Part shown: positions 29,642 to 39,611 of the stretch, one piece after another
Position numbering within the stretch: the stretch's first letter is position 1
How the letters are laid out: every line of letters starts with the position of its first letter
Origin: an uncultured cyanobacterium
Lineage (GTDB): Bacteria; Cyanobacteriota; Cyanobacteriia; Pseudanabaenales; Pseudanabaenaceae
Direction of reading: 5' to 3'
Length of the DNA: 64,000 nt
Assembly: GCA_963703315.1 (NCBI GenBank)
Contig: OY969811.1
Span: forward strand, 896,001 to 960,000
Position numbers and translations under genes: made by a program
Notes under the pieces: model-generated
The model's database searches: none
What the model was told of the DNA's origin: nothing
What the model saw: only the letters and a program-made list of their open reading frames with translations

Positions 29642-30898
29642 GTGATTGGGTCACATAGTCTCAGCAAAAGTAAATATGACCAATTAGGTAAAAAGCGATC
29701 GCCTAAATCAAAGTCTTGGACATCGCACCTCCACTATGGCGGGGATTTATTATTTGCAACATGGGTCGGTTTGATCTGTGCCGTGCCGCCTTGCTATATG
29801 CAAACTGAGTTTCAATTGCCCGTTGAAGCTGCGGAACTTAAAATTGCTAATGCCGTAGTTCCCATCTCACCAAATGTCGTCAATCCTCTTGCTCTTGATC
29901 TCACTGATGACCTATTAGAGAGTGATCGCCAAAATCTGTTACAGGCGATCGACAATAGCATTCAATATATCCGTACCCCCAATGCTGCCAAACGCTATCC
30001 TGTAGCAGGAATTAGTCTAGAGCGAATGGATCGCAGTTTGGTCAGGTTTCGCCGCCTTGTGCAAGTATCACGCACTGCTAAAGATTTACAACAAGCCGTA
30101 AATCGTGAATTTGATCTCTATCGGTCAGTCGGTCGTGATGGTAAGGGGAATGTTCAATTTACGGGCTATTACGAAGCAGTCTATAAGGCGAGTCGGACAA
30201 AGACTGACGAGTTTAAATATCCTCTGTATCGATTGCCCACCGATTTTGCTCAATGGCGATCGCCTCATCCTACCCGTGCCATGCTCGAAGGTAGTCAGAA
30301 GTTAGCAGGTTCAGAAATTGCATGGTTAAGCGATCGCTTTCAGGCGTTCTTAGTCCATGTGCAAGGCTCGGCAAGATTGGAATTACCTGATGGTGATTTA
30401 TTGACTGTCGGCTATGCAGGTAAAACGGATCAACCCTATCGCTCCGTTGGTGCAGAGATCGTTCGTGATGGCAAAATGCGTCTCGAAGATGTAACCCTGC
30501 AAACCCTAATGGAATATTTCCAAAAAAATCCTCAAGATTTAGTCACTTATCTCAATCGCAATCCTAGCTTTGTGTTTTTCCGAGAAACCAATGGTAAGCC
30601 TGCTCAAGGTAGTCTAGGATTGCCTGTCAGTGCGGAGCGATCGATCGCCACCGATAAAAAAATCTTGCCCTCTGGTGGTATTGCCCTCATCCGCACCGAA
30701 ATTCCCTTTGAAAATCCCACCACAGGTAAATTGGAACTGCGTCCAATCCAACGCTTTGTCCTCGATCAAGATACAGGTGGCGCTATTCGTGGTGCTGGAC
30801 GGGTAGATATTTTTATGGGTACAGGCGATCGCGCCAAACAACGCGCAGGGCTAATCAAAGGTGACGGCGAGTTGTATTATCTTGTATTAAAAAAATAG
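29642..30898 (+). CDS. mltA: Murein lytic transglycosylase A
   Basis: FTGYYE, HVQGSARL, NPSFVFF, DQDTGGAIRGAGRVD (3D domain); start uncertain. Confidence 0.92.
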   Translation: MIGSHSLSKSKYDQLGKKRSPKSKSWTSHLHYGGDLLFATWVGLICAVPPCYMQTEFQLPVEAAELKIANAVVPISPNVVNPLALDLTDDLLESDRQNLLQAIDNSIQYIRTPNAAKRYPVAGISLERMDRSLVRFRRLVQVSRTAKDLQQAVNREFDLYRSVGRDGKGNVQFTGYYEAVYKASRTKTDEFKYPLYRLPTDFAQWRSPHPTRAMLEGSQKLAGSEIAWLSDRFQAFLVHVQGSARLELPDGDLLTVGYAGKTDQPYRSVGAEIVRDGKMRLEDVTLQTLMEYFQKNPQDLVTYLNRNPSFVFFRETNGKPAQGSLGLPVSAERSIATDKKILPSGGIALIRTEIPFENPTTGKLELRPIQRFVLDQDTGGAIRGAGRVDIFMGTGDRAKQRAGLIKGDGELYYLVLKK

Positions 30899-30955
30899 GT
30901 TTAATACCCCTCGCTTCGCGAGGAGTATTAAACCTACTTATAGTTGGAGAATTTT

Positions 30956-31213
30956 ATGCCGATCAATCCTTTTACAGTTAGAATGCAAGTTGCAAGAATG
31001 TTTGAGCAAGGTCAATCACTTTTTGCAGAAATTAAAGTCCAAGATTGGCTAAGAGAGCGCAATCATAATCCTAAAGATTATCTAATTCGCTTTCATCAAA
31101 AAATGGCTCCAGTTGGCTCCACTTCTGCTCTAACTGTAGAGATAGAACTGATTCGCAAAGATGGTCAACCTGTTGATGCATGGCTACAACAAGAAATTAA
31201 TCGCCAAAGCTAA
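30956..31213 (+). CDS. Conserved cyanobacterial hypothetical protein
   Basis: Compact ORF with GGAG upstream; VEIELIRKDGQPVDAWLQ. Confidence 0.75.
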   Translation: MPINPFTVRMQVARMFEQGQSLFAEIKVQDWLRERNHNPKDYLIRFHQKMAPVGSTSALTVEIELIRKDGQPVDAWLQQEINRQS

Positions 31214-31375
31214 TTCTAAGTAGCTAGGCATAAAAAAGATGAAGACGCTAAGATTAAGACTCACGACTCTTCCTCACAATAAATAGCGATAAATAGCGTA
31301 AGAAATCATAAATAGGACTTACGCAAAGGAAAAAATTGCGCCTTATATAACTTAAAAAGGTCAAGGGAAAAATAC

Positions 31376-31933
31376 ATGGTCATCACAGCAGCAAAACCCC
31401 ATAGCCTAGAAACATTTCTGGAATTACCTGATACCAAACCCGCCTCAGAATTTATCAACGGACAAATAATCCAAAAACCTATGCCTCAAGGAGAACACAG
31501 TCGCTTACAAGTTAAGTTATGTACAAACATCAACCAAGTCGTTGAAACTCCAAAGATTGCCTATGCTTTTTCGGAATTACGTTGTACTTTTGGAGGAGCC
31601 TCGATCGTTCCTGATGTTTCCGTATTTCGTTGGGAGAGAATTCCCCGCAAATCGTCAGGACGAGTGGCAAACCGTTTTGAAATATATCCCGATTGGGCGA
31701 TCGAGATACTTTCTCCCGATCAGAGACAAAATAAAGTGCTAGCTAATTTGTTGCATTGTGTAGACAATGGCACGGAGTTAGGCTGGTTACTCGATCCTGA
31801 AGATGAGAATATTTTGTTGGTGTTACCTGAGCGGCGCATCCAAATTTTAGAAGGATCGCAGTCTGTACCAGTTCTCAGTGGAATTGATTTGACTTTGACA
31901 GTTACACAGATTTTTGATTGGCTTAGTTTTTAA
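31376..31933 (+). CDS. Uma2-family endonuclease
   Basis: KPMPQGEHS, ELRCTFGG..VPD, PDWAIEILSP. Confidence 0.93.
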   Translation: MVITAAKPHSLETFLELPDTKPASEFINGQIIQKPMPQGEHSRLQVKLCTNINQVVETPKIAYAFSELRCTFGGASIVPDVSVFRWERIPRKSSGRVANRFEIYPDWAIEILSPDQRQNKVLANLLHCVDNGTELGWLLDPEDENILLVLPERRIQILEGSQSVPVLSGIDLTLTVTQIFDWLSF

Positions 31934-32006
31934 GACTCACGCACCGATAAACCCAAAATAGAGTTGTGACGCTGAGCGTCGCAACTCTATAGCTATAGAA
32001 TGGACT

Positions 32007-32666
32007 ATGACCAACGCTCTAGCAAACCATTCCATGTTCACCTTCGCACTGCCTAAAGGCTCACTATTAAAAGACTCGATCCGCTTACTCCAAGGTGTAG
32101 GACTCGACTTTAGTGTTTTTCTTGATCCTACAAACCGTCAACTGCAAATCTTAGATCCTACAGGAACCGCTAAAGCATTGCTGGTCAGAGCGCAGGATGT
32201 CCCCGTATATGTGGAATATGGTCAAGCGCAAGCTGGTATCGTCGGTGAAGATGTATTGCGCGAAAAAACACCAAAAGTTGCCAAATTACTAGACTTAGGC
32301 TTTGGTGGTTGTCGGATGTCGATCGCCGTTTCAGGAGAGAGCCGCTATCGATCGCCATTAGACCTCCCACCCCACAGCCGTATCGCCTCTAAATATGTTG
32401 GATGCGCCCAGACCTACTTTGACAGCATCGATTTACCTGTTGAGATTATTCCCCTCTATGGCTCCGTCGAGCTTGGTCCCATTACAGGCATGGCTGAGGC
32501 GATTGTTGATTTAGTCTCGACAGGTAAGACACTTAAGGATAACGGACTGATTGAAATTGAAGTGTTATATCAAAGCACCGCAAGACTAATCGCCCATCCC
32601 CTTAGTTATCGGCTGTATAGCGATCGCTTTAGTGAGTTGATGAGCCAAATGCAAGTTACTGCCTAA
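32007..32666 (+). CDS. hisG: ATP phosphoribosyltransferase, short form
   Basis: [36 protein letters not shown]. Confidence 0.96.
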   Translation: MTNALANHSMFTFALPKGSLLKDSIRLLQGVGLDFSVFLDPTNRQLQILDPTGTAKALLVRAQDVPVYVEYGQAQAGIVGEDVLREKTPKVAKLLDLGFGGCRMSIAVSGESRYRSPLDLPPHSRIASKYVGCAQTYFDSIDLPVEIIPLYGSVELGPITGMAEAIVDLVSTGKTLKDNGLIEIEVLYQSTARLIAHPLSYRLYSDRFSELMSQMQVTA

Positions 32667-32700
32667 CAAAAAAAGAAGCGCGAAGCGCTTCTTTTTTTAA

Positions 32701-32988
32701 CTAGTCGGTTAGTTTTTCCCATGCCGATCGCGCTGCTTGTTGCACTTTAGTCAAGGTTTTAGAGACTTTTTTCTCTAGTTTTTTCTCGACATTTTCTAAG
32801 GCTTCATTGACCGATTCCACTGCCCAGCTATCAAACTCTTCAAGGTGATCGCGTACCACATCAACCTGTTTGTCTACGGTTTTATGAGCTTTCTTAATAT
32901 TTTTGTGATACTGCTGTTGCGCTACATCGGTAACTGTATGGAGCGTTTTTTCCAATTTCTGCTTGAGGTCGGTCGGCTTTTTGGACAT
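32701..32988 (-). CDS. Hypothetical Lys/Glu-rich helical protein
   Basis: ORF filling the gap; bidirectional hairpin at 32667-32698. Confidence 0.65.
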   Translation of the reverse strand: MSKKPTDLKQKLEKTLHTVTDVAQQQYHKNIKKAHKTVDKQVDVVRDHLEEFDSWAVESVNEALENVEKKLEKKVSKTLTKVQQAARSAWEKLTD

Positions 32989-33079
32989 CGCGATAACTCC
33001 TGAGTGATGCACTGCAAAAGTATGATTTTAGTTTGACTTTGATTTATCATATCGCTTAGCTTGGATAGCAAGTAAAGCC

Positions 33080-34369
33080 ATGACACAAGATTTTAATGAA
33101 GATTTATATCAGCAGGGTTTGGCTAAGGTAAAGGCTGGCGATCGCTATGGTGCTGTCCAAGCCTTTAGTTTGATGCTTCAGTCCAGCCCAGAATTTGCCG
33201 AAGCCTATTATCAACGTGGGCTAGTCCTCTTTGACTTGGGCGATCGCCAAGGGGCGATCGCTGACTATGACCAAGCCCTGAAACTTAAACCTGAAGCGAT
33301 CGATGTCTATATTGCCCGTAGTTTGATCAGGATTGCGAATGCTGATATTCCCGCCGCCCAAGCTGATATTGCTGAAGCATTAGCGATTAATCCTCAGTCA
33401 GCGATCGCCCATCAACTTTTGGGATTAACCTATAAACAACAAAATCAAATCGAAAAGGCGATCGCCACTTACAAAAAAGCCGCTAGCCTATTTTTAGAAC
33501 TTCGTGATGAAGATAATTGTCGTCGTTGCATCGAGAGCTATAAACCCCTAGAAGCTTTGCTACCGCCATCCCCCGCCGATATTTTTGCCCAAGTTGAGCA
33601 ACGCATTGCGAATAGCGACTATACCAACGCTTTAATTGACCTCAACTGGATGCTGCAAATTGACCCAAAAAATGTCAAAGCTTTCTGTTTACGTGGTTTA
33701 GTCTTAAGTAAATTAGGCGATCCGCAAAGTGCGCTCAAGGATCTTAATCAAGCCCTATTTCTCGAACCGCAAAATCCTGAAGTTCGCATCGGTCGCGGTA
33801 AAATTCGGGCAGAAATTGGTGACGCTCAGGGGGCGATCGCTGATTTTAATGAATTAATACGCGAATATCCCAGCAATAGTGAAATTTATATAAATCGTGC
33901 TAAAGCTCATCTGAAACTCAAGGACTATCGCACCGCCATCGAAGATTTTTCGCGATCGCTAGCTCTTAATAATCAAAGCCCTCAACTATATTGCGATCGC
34001 GCCGAAGCTAGGTACGACTTTGGCGACATTAAAGGGGCGATCGATGATTATCAACAGGCGGCAAATATTTGGTTTAACCAGTCCATGACAGAGCGTTATC
34101 GCTATGCCCTAGATCGCATCAATCTCTGGCAATCAGAACTGGAAAAACAATCCAAAGACGCTAAACGTCAACAAGATAAAGCTGCGGCTACTGTGGATTT
34201 GATGCAGATGCCCAGTCTAGAATTACAGCAAAGGTTATTAGCTTTAGTCGGCGGTAATATGGCGATCGCGCAACGCCTGATTGATATTGCGAAACAAGAG
34301 AACCCGAATATGCCCGAAGTTTGGTATTGGCAAAAAGTTGTATTTGATCTCGAAAGCGATCGATCTTGA
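33080..34369 (+). CDS. Tetratricopeptide-repeat protein
   Basis: Repeated AYYQRG/GAIADY TPR units plus a small C-terminal helical domain. Confidence 0.9.
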   Translation: MTQDFNEDLYQQGLAKVKAGDRYGAVQAFSLMLQSSPEFAEAYYQRGLVLFDLGDRQGAIADYDQALKLKPEAIDVYIARSLIRIANADIPAAQADIAEALAINPQSAIAHQLLGLTYKQQNQIEKAIATYKKAASLFLELRDEDNCRRCIESYKPLEALLPPSPADIFAQVEQRIANSDYTNALIDLNWMLQIDPKNVKAFCLRGLVLSKLGDPQSALKDLNQALFLEPQNPEVRIGRGKIRAEIGDAQGAIADFNELIREYPSNSEIYINRAKAHLKLKDYRTAIEDFSRSLALNNQSPQLYCDRAEARYDFGDIKGAIDDYQQAANIWFNQSMTERYRYALDRINLWQSELEKQSKDAKRQQDKAAATVDLMQMPSLELQQRLLALVGGNMAIAQRLIDIAKQENPNMPEVWYWQKVVFDLESDRS

Positions 34370-34453
34370 TAGATACAAGGAGCAATTCATGGATTGCTCC
34401 TAAAACCAGAAGATGCGTTGCGGTGCAAAGCGCCGCAACTCGCTTCAATGACA

Positions 34454-36427
34454 CTAAATCACGCGATCATTACCACCATCAATGGGAACTTGAGCCGCCG
34501 TTGTGCAGGAAAAGAGAGCGCCACACATCTCCGCAGCAAGCTCAGCAACATGATGACTAGTTACTTCCACTTTAAGCAAGTTATTAGTTTTATATTCCTC
34601 AACCGTTAATCCATAATGCTTAGCACGAGATGTCAACACATCTTCTGTCCAAATGCCAGTATCAAATACAGCGTTGGGATGCAAAGTATTAATGCGAATG
34701 CGCTCGCTACTCCATTCCAAAGCCGCCACCCGCATTAATTGGGTTAACGCCGCCTTCGATGCCGAATATGCTGCCGCCGCAGGACCGGGAGCAGGGACAT
34801 TTTTAGAACCGATCGCCACAACTCGACCACCATTGGGCGCAAGTTTGAGTAGTGGATAGGCTTCACGCATTAGGACTAAATTTGCATCAAGATTGATATG
34901 CATTACTTTCTGCCATGTCGCTGTATCCAGATTTTCAATCCGACATCCAGAGGGAAATATTCCTGCGTTGAGAATGAGGATATCTAGACCACCAAAGGAG
35001 TTTACAGCTTGATCGAGAGCTTGGGCGATCGCCGTTTCATCACTAACATCGCAAGTAACACCCACAAAATCAGGACGATCGTAAAGCTTCTCAATGGCGG
35101 GATTAATATCTAAACCAACTACTGCCGCCCCACGCTTTAATAATGAGTCTACACAAGCTTTACCAATGCCTGACGCAGCACCCGTCACCAAAGCGATTTC
35201 ACCTGTAAAAGCAGGAGCAGAACCTCCTTTTTTCAACTTTGCCTGTTCCAATTCCCAATATTCCACGGCAAAGATATCGCTAGCAGGTAATGCTTGATAG
35301 CCGCCCAATAGTTGCGATCGCTGGATAATCTCCATCGTATGCTCATAGATATCTGCGACAATCGCGGCATCTTTGGCAGATTTACCAACTGTGACTAGAC
35401 CTAATTGGCGATCGATTATCACCCATGGTGCAGGATCGAGAATTGTCACAGGTTGTGTGGACTTAGGCGATTCTTCGGCAAAATAAGCACGATATGCTTC
35501 CGCATAAGCCTTGACATCTCTACCCACCAAAGGCAATCGCTTAGTACGGATGACATGATCGGGAGTCGCACAGCCCTGTTGCGAAATGATATTGACATCT
35601 TCTCTTTGAGCAAAGGCTAAACTCTTCTCATCCCTATGGGAACTTAGAACTACGGGAAACCCTGCGACTTGAGAAACTTCAGTGCGTAGTTGGGCAATCT
35701 CTAATCTCTGCTCACTTTCCCTAATCAGAGAAGCTGGTGGTGAGATTTCCCAAGCATGATGTTTTTGCAAATAAACTTCAGCACGATCAACTAAAGCAAT
35801 CATCCGTTCATAGGATTCCTGAGCAGTTTCACCGAAGGAGAAAATACCGTGATTCATTAACACCATGCCAATCGTGCGATCGCTTTTCTCCGCCGCAAAT
35901 TTCTCCGCACAAACTCGCGCTAGGTCAAACCCCGGCCTCACGTAGGGAATAATCACCACATCATCGCCATAGATTTCTTGAATGCGTTCCCATCCATTGG
36001 CAGTATTAGTCACGGAGATGACCGCATCAGCATGGGTATGATCGACGAATTTGTAAGGCAAGCTGGCATGGAGAATTGTTTCTACCGATGGTGCAGGCGC
36101 ACTTGCTTTCGTCATTTGCGTTTTCAGTTCATTCACCATTTGGGAATCGGAGAGAACTTGTAACTTGGCTAATTTCAATAAATGCGCCATCCGCACAGGC
36201 GCAAAACCTGCCTCTGCGATCGTCTCTAAATCCCAGCCACTTCCCTTAACATAAAGAATCTCTTCTTCTTCACCAACGATATTCTTTTCGCAAATTTTGA
36301 CGGAAGTATTACCCCCACCATGTAAAACAAGCGATGGATCGCGCCCCAATAATCTTGATGTATATACTCTTAACCCTAGATCATTTTTATATGCTGATGC
36401 TTCGCGATCGCTCCACAAACTTTTCAT
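34454..36427 (-). CDS. Bifunctional class II aldolase / short-chain dehydrogenase (rhamnulose-1-phosphate aldolase/SDR type)
   Basis: GGGNTSVK, PSVETILH, DHTHAD; TGAASGIG and YSASK SDR motifs. Confidence 0.92.
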   Translation of the reverse strand: MKSLWSDREASAYKNDLGLRVYTSRLLGRDPSLVLHGGGNTSVKICEKNIVGEEEEILYVKGSGWDLETIAEAGFAPVRMAHLLKLAKLQVLSDSQMVNELKTQMTKASAPAPSVETILHASLPYKFVDHTHADAVISVTNTANGWERIQEIYGDDVVIIPYVRPGFDLARVCAEKFAAEKSDRTIGMVLMNHGIFSFGETAQESYERMIALVDRAEVYLQKHHAWEISPPASLIRESEQRLEIAQLRTEVSQVAGFPVVLSSHRDEKSLAFAQREDVNIISQQGCATPDHVIRTKRLPLVGRDVKAYAEAYRAYFAEESPKSTQPVTILDPAPWVIIDRQLGLVTVGKSAKDAAIVADIYEHTMEIIQRSQLLGGYQALPASDIFAVEYWELEQAKLKKGGSAPAFTGEIALVTGAASGIGKACVDSLLKRGAAVVGLDINPAIEKLYDRPDFVGVTCDVSDETAIAQALDQAVNSFGGLDILILNAGIFPSGCRIENLDTATWQKVMHINLDANLVLMREAYPLLKLAPNGGRVVAIGSKNVPAPGPAAAAYSASKAALTQLMRVAALEWSSERIRINTLHPNAVFDTGIWTEDVLTSRAKHYGLTVEEYKTNNLLKVEVTSHHVAELAAEMCGALFSCTTAAQVPIDGGNDRVI

Positions 36428-36458
36428 TTTTTGAAGTTCCTAAATAAATTTAAATAAA

Positions 36459-36716
36459 GTAGGGGCATAGCATTCCCAAAGAAATCCATAAATTTTGAGA
36501 TTGTTTTAATTTGGGAATGCTTTGCCCTAAACTCGCAACGCAGGGACAATTTATCAGTGAAAGCGAAGAGGGTAGAGCTTTTGCGTTTCGAGATGATGGG
36601 TGGGGAATTCAAAATATTGGCGCAAAAGCTCTACCCCTACAAGTTTGTTGTTGTCAATTGTTACGGGCGCGATAAATCCTGACAGTAATGTATAAGGTGG
36701 GCATTACCCACCCTAC
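36459..36716. repeat. Cluster of three GTAG-ended REP-like elements
   Basis: GTAGGGGCATAGCATTCCCA...TGGGAATGCTTTGCCCTA; GGTAGAGCTTTTGCG...CGCAAAAGCTCTACC..CTAC; GGTGGGCATTACCCACCCTAC. Confidence 0.75.
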
Positions 36717-36727
36717 TGTTGAGATGG

Positions 36728-37120
36728 TTAGATAGCAACAATGCACTCAATTTCGACGAGGGCATCGAGGGGAAGTCGAGCAACTTGAACAGTAGAACGG
36801 GCTGGGAATGGAGCCAGAAAGTATTTGCCGTAGATTGCGTTTACTTTAGGGAAATCTGCCATATCTGCGAGAAATACAGTAGTTTTAATCACGTTGGTTA
36901 AGTCTACACCTGCTTCCGTAAGAACAGCTTGAATATTTTTAATTACCTGTTCGGCTTGATCTTCGACTGTGGTAGTGACGATTTTGCCGATCGCAGGATC
37001 GATCGCAATTTGTCCCGCCATAAACATTAATTTACTGGTAGCAGGAACAGCGATCGCTTGATTGTAAGGACCAACTGGTTCAGGGGCATTAACGCTACGA
37101 ATTACTTCTTTTTGGCTCAT
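36728..37120 (-). CDS. ridA: RidA/YjgF-family enamine/imine deaminase
   Basis: GPYNQA, PARSTVQVARLP..LVEIECI. Confidence 0.92.
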   Translation of the reverse strand: MSQKEVIRSVNAPEPVGPYNQAIAVPATSKLMFMAGQIAIDPAIGKIVTTTVEDQAEQVIKNIQAVLTEAGVDLTNVIKTTVFLADMADFPKVNAIYGKYFLAPFPARSTVQVARLPLDALVEIECIVAI

Positions 37121-37184
37121 TATTGATAAATTTTTTGATTAGTTGATGATGATTATAAAATCTTTTGGTAATGCATTACAATTA

Positions 37185-37236
37185 GAACCCAAAAAGCTGG
37201 GGCGCACGCTGCGGTGCGCCCCAGCTTTTTGGGTTC
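37185..37236. repeat. Family A variant palindrome
   Basis: GAACCCAAAAAGCTGGGGCGCAC...GTGCGCCCCAGCTTTTTGGGTTC. Confidence 0.75.
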
Positions 37237-37288
37237 CATCAGAAGGGGAGGGCTAGGGAGTGGTTATCGTCTTCGTTATTTTTGTTGA

Positions 37289-37741
37289 TTATTTTGGCAT
37301 GATCATTAAAGTTACTGGCTGAATATATCGACTATTAGCCCTTACATAACAAACATCTTCAGTATCCACACCACGCACTGGCATCCAAGGTTTCCCATTA
37401 GCATCAAGGGGATTAACGTACACTTCGTCAGAACCACCGCGATAGACTTCTACTTCTAACAAATCATCTAAGTTGTATATGCGCTTTACATAGCTATCAA
37501 GACGTGCTGAACTACGACAATTAAGATCAGCAGCTACCACTCTCCAAAGTGAACCTGCCGCTAGCTTAGAATATTTTCTGGGTGCTTGAACAGTTGTTTC
37601 ATTTCTAAAGTAGTTGCCTTGTCGATCTGGCGTGGCAGCTTGAGCATCGACTGTGGCTGGCAAAACTATAACTGGCAAGACCATAACTGGCAAGACCAGC
37701 AGCAGCATAGAATGTTTCAGGGAACTAAAAAAAGTATGCAT
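37289..37741 (-). CDS. Secreted hypothetical protein (SH3b-like)
   Basis: Signal peptide; LNCRS and CYVRANSRYIQPV motifs; start moved to ATG 37741 to avoid overlap with xseA. Confidence 0.7.
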   Translation of the reverse strand: MHTFFSSLKHSMLLLVLPVMVLPVIVLPATVDAQAATPDRQGNYFRNETTVQAPRKYSKLAAGSLWRVVAADLNCRSSARLDSYVKRIYNLDDLLEVEVYRGGSDEVYVNPLDANGKPWMPVRGVDTEDVCYVRANSRYIQPVTLMIMPK

Positions 37742-37763
37742 ATAAATATTTATAAAAGATTGT

Positions 37764-38978
37764 ATGAGTAATTCTAAAGAGGCGATCACAGTAGGTAATT
37801 TGACGCAAGCCATTACGCTTTTGTTGCGCGAAGAGATTGGCATCGTGCGCGTGACAGGCGAAATCTCAGGCTTTACGACCGCAGCCTCTGGACATCGTTA
37901 CTTTACGCTCAAAGATGAATCTGCTCAAATTGATGCTGTGATGTGGGCAAGTCGAACTTTAGCATTTCGTCCTAAAAGTGGAATGCAGGTGGTGGTACAG
38001 GGGCGCTTGACCGTCTATGCTACTCGTGGCAAATATCAAATTGATTGCGATCGCATGACTGCCGCAGGTGAGGGTGATTTATATCTTGCATTCGCGGCAC
38101 TTAAGGAAGACCTCGCCCAAAGAGGATATTTTGACCCAGAACGTAAACGGGATATTCCTGCTTTGCCTCTGAAGATTGGTGTCGTCACTTCCCCGACAGG
38201 CGCTGTCATCCAAGATATTCTCAGCACCCTCAATAGGCGATCGCCTCATTGTCAGATTTATCTATGTCCCGCTACCGTGCAAGGCGAAACTGCTCCTGAA
38301 GAAATTGCGAAGGCGATCGCTGCTTTGCAAAATACCGATGCCGATGTCTTAATTGTGGGGCGTGGTGGCGGCTCGATTGAGGATCTTTGGGCGTTTAATA
38401 CTGTGCCTGTTGCCGAAGCAATTTATGAGTCTCGCATTCCGATTATTTCCGCAGTGGGTCACGAAACTGATTTCACGATCGCGGATTTTGTTGCCGATAT
38501 GCGGGCAGCCACACCAACGGCGGCGGCGGAATTAGTCTCACAATGCGATCGCGATACGTTATTACAACAGATTAACTTTTGGCAAAGTCGTCTTGATCGG
38601 AGCGTGCAAGTCGAGATCCAAAATTATCGCCAAAGGTTAAATGCTCTGACTAACAGCTATGCCTTACAAAATTTTAGCGATCGCCTCCATGATCGCGCTC
38701 AACAGTTAGATGACGCGGAACGAGATATGCAAAAGTCCCTCGCTCGCCATCTACGCCAATCTGCTGCCAAACTTGATGGTATCACTGCCCATTTGCGATC
38801 GCTATATCCTTTATCGCCGTTGCAGCGTGGTTTTGCCTTGTTACAAGTAGGCGATCGCTTCCTTAGCAACGATGAATCCTTAAGCGCATTTGCTAAAGTG
38901 GACATCGTGAGAAGTTCTGAAATAGCCCAAGCCCAAATTGAGAAAGTAATCAAGAAAGGATATGACCGACCTAAATGA
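37764..38978 (+). CDS. xseA: Exodeoxyribonuclease VII large subunit
   Basis: SGHRYFTLKD, RGGGSIEDLWAFN, GHETD, TPTAAAE. Confidence 0.96.
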   Translation: MSNSKEAITVGNLTQAITLLLREEIGIVRVTGEISGFTTAASGHRYFTLKDESAQIDAVMWASRTLAFRPKSGMQVVVQGRLTVYATRGKYQIDCDRMTAAGEGDLYLAFAALKEDLAQRGYFDPERKRDIPALPLKIGVVTSPTGAVIQDILSTLNRRSPHCQIYLCPATVQGETAPEEIAKAIAALQNTDADVLIVGRGGGSIEDLWAFNTVPVAEAIYESRIPIISAVGHETDFTIADFVADMRAATPTAAAELVSQCDRDTLLQQINFWQSRLDRSVQVEIQNYRQRLNALTNSYALQNFSDRLHDRAQQLDDAERDMQKSLARHLRQSAAKLDGITAHLRSLYPLSPLQRGFALLQVGDRFLSNDESLSAFAKVDIVRSSEIAQAQIEKVIKKGYDRPK

Positions 38979-39183
38979 TGTCAAAAAGACTTTGCAAAAT
39001 TTGTCTTTTGAAGAGCAGTTACAACGGCTCGAAGAAATTGTAGAAATTCTCGATGATGGCGAGGCGGCACTTGATGAGATGCTTGCTCTCTATGAAGAAG
39101 GAATGCAGCGATCGCAATATTGCCGTGAATATCTGGAAAAAGCTGAACAAAAAGTCACCGTGATTCAAAATAATATAAAGTAA
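38962..39183 (+). CDS. xseB: Exodeoxyribonuclease VII small subunit
   Basis: SFEEQLQRLEEIV..LYEEG..C..L.KAEQKV. Confidence 0.93.
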   Translation: MTDLNDVKKTLQNLSFEEQLQRLEEIVEILDDGEAALDEMLALYEEGMQRSQYCREYLEKAEQKVTVIQNNIK

Positions 39184-39189
39184 CAAGTC

Positions 39190-39552
39190 ATGCCCCAACT
39201 CATCCCCACCGAACTCGAAGATGGAACTATTATTTACTTTCAAGTGGATGAACCTGCGGTAACACCTTCCTCACCCATACGTGGATTTCCTCTAGATGCC
39301 AACGCCCAAGATGCTGCCAAGGAAAAAGCAGTCCAAAGTTTTCATGCTATGCAAAGCCTTGTGCGGGGCTATACCGTCAATACTCTCAATGCCTTTCGTA
39401 ATCTAGGAAGTGCCGAAGTCAGTGAAGTCACCCTCGAATTTGGTGTCAGCCTTGATGCTAAGGCGGGTGTCCCCTTCATCGCCTCAGGCGGCGCAAGCTC
39501 CAATCTCAAAATTACGGTTAAATGCGTATTTCCTAAGAAAGCAGAGTCATAA
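39190..39552 (+). CDS. CU044_2847-family (Trypco1-like) protein
   Basis: LEDGTIIYFQ; EVTLEFGVSLDAKAGVPFIASG...LKITVKC. Confidence 0.75.
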   Translation: MPQLIPTELEDGTIIYFQVDEPAVTPSSPIRGFPLDANAQDAAKEKAVQSFHAMQSLVRGYTVNTLNAFRNLGSAEVSEVTLEFGVSLDAKAGVPFIASGGASSNLKITVKCVFPKKAES

Positions 39553-39611
39553 CGACAACAAAAATCCCAGCGATCGCCTACACTAGAAACAAATCTTTAC
39601 GATTGCTGCAA

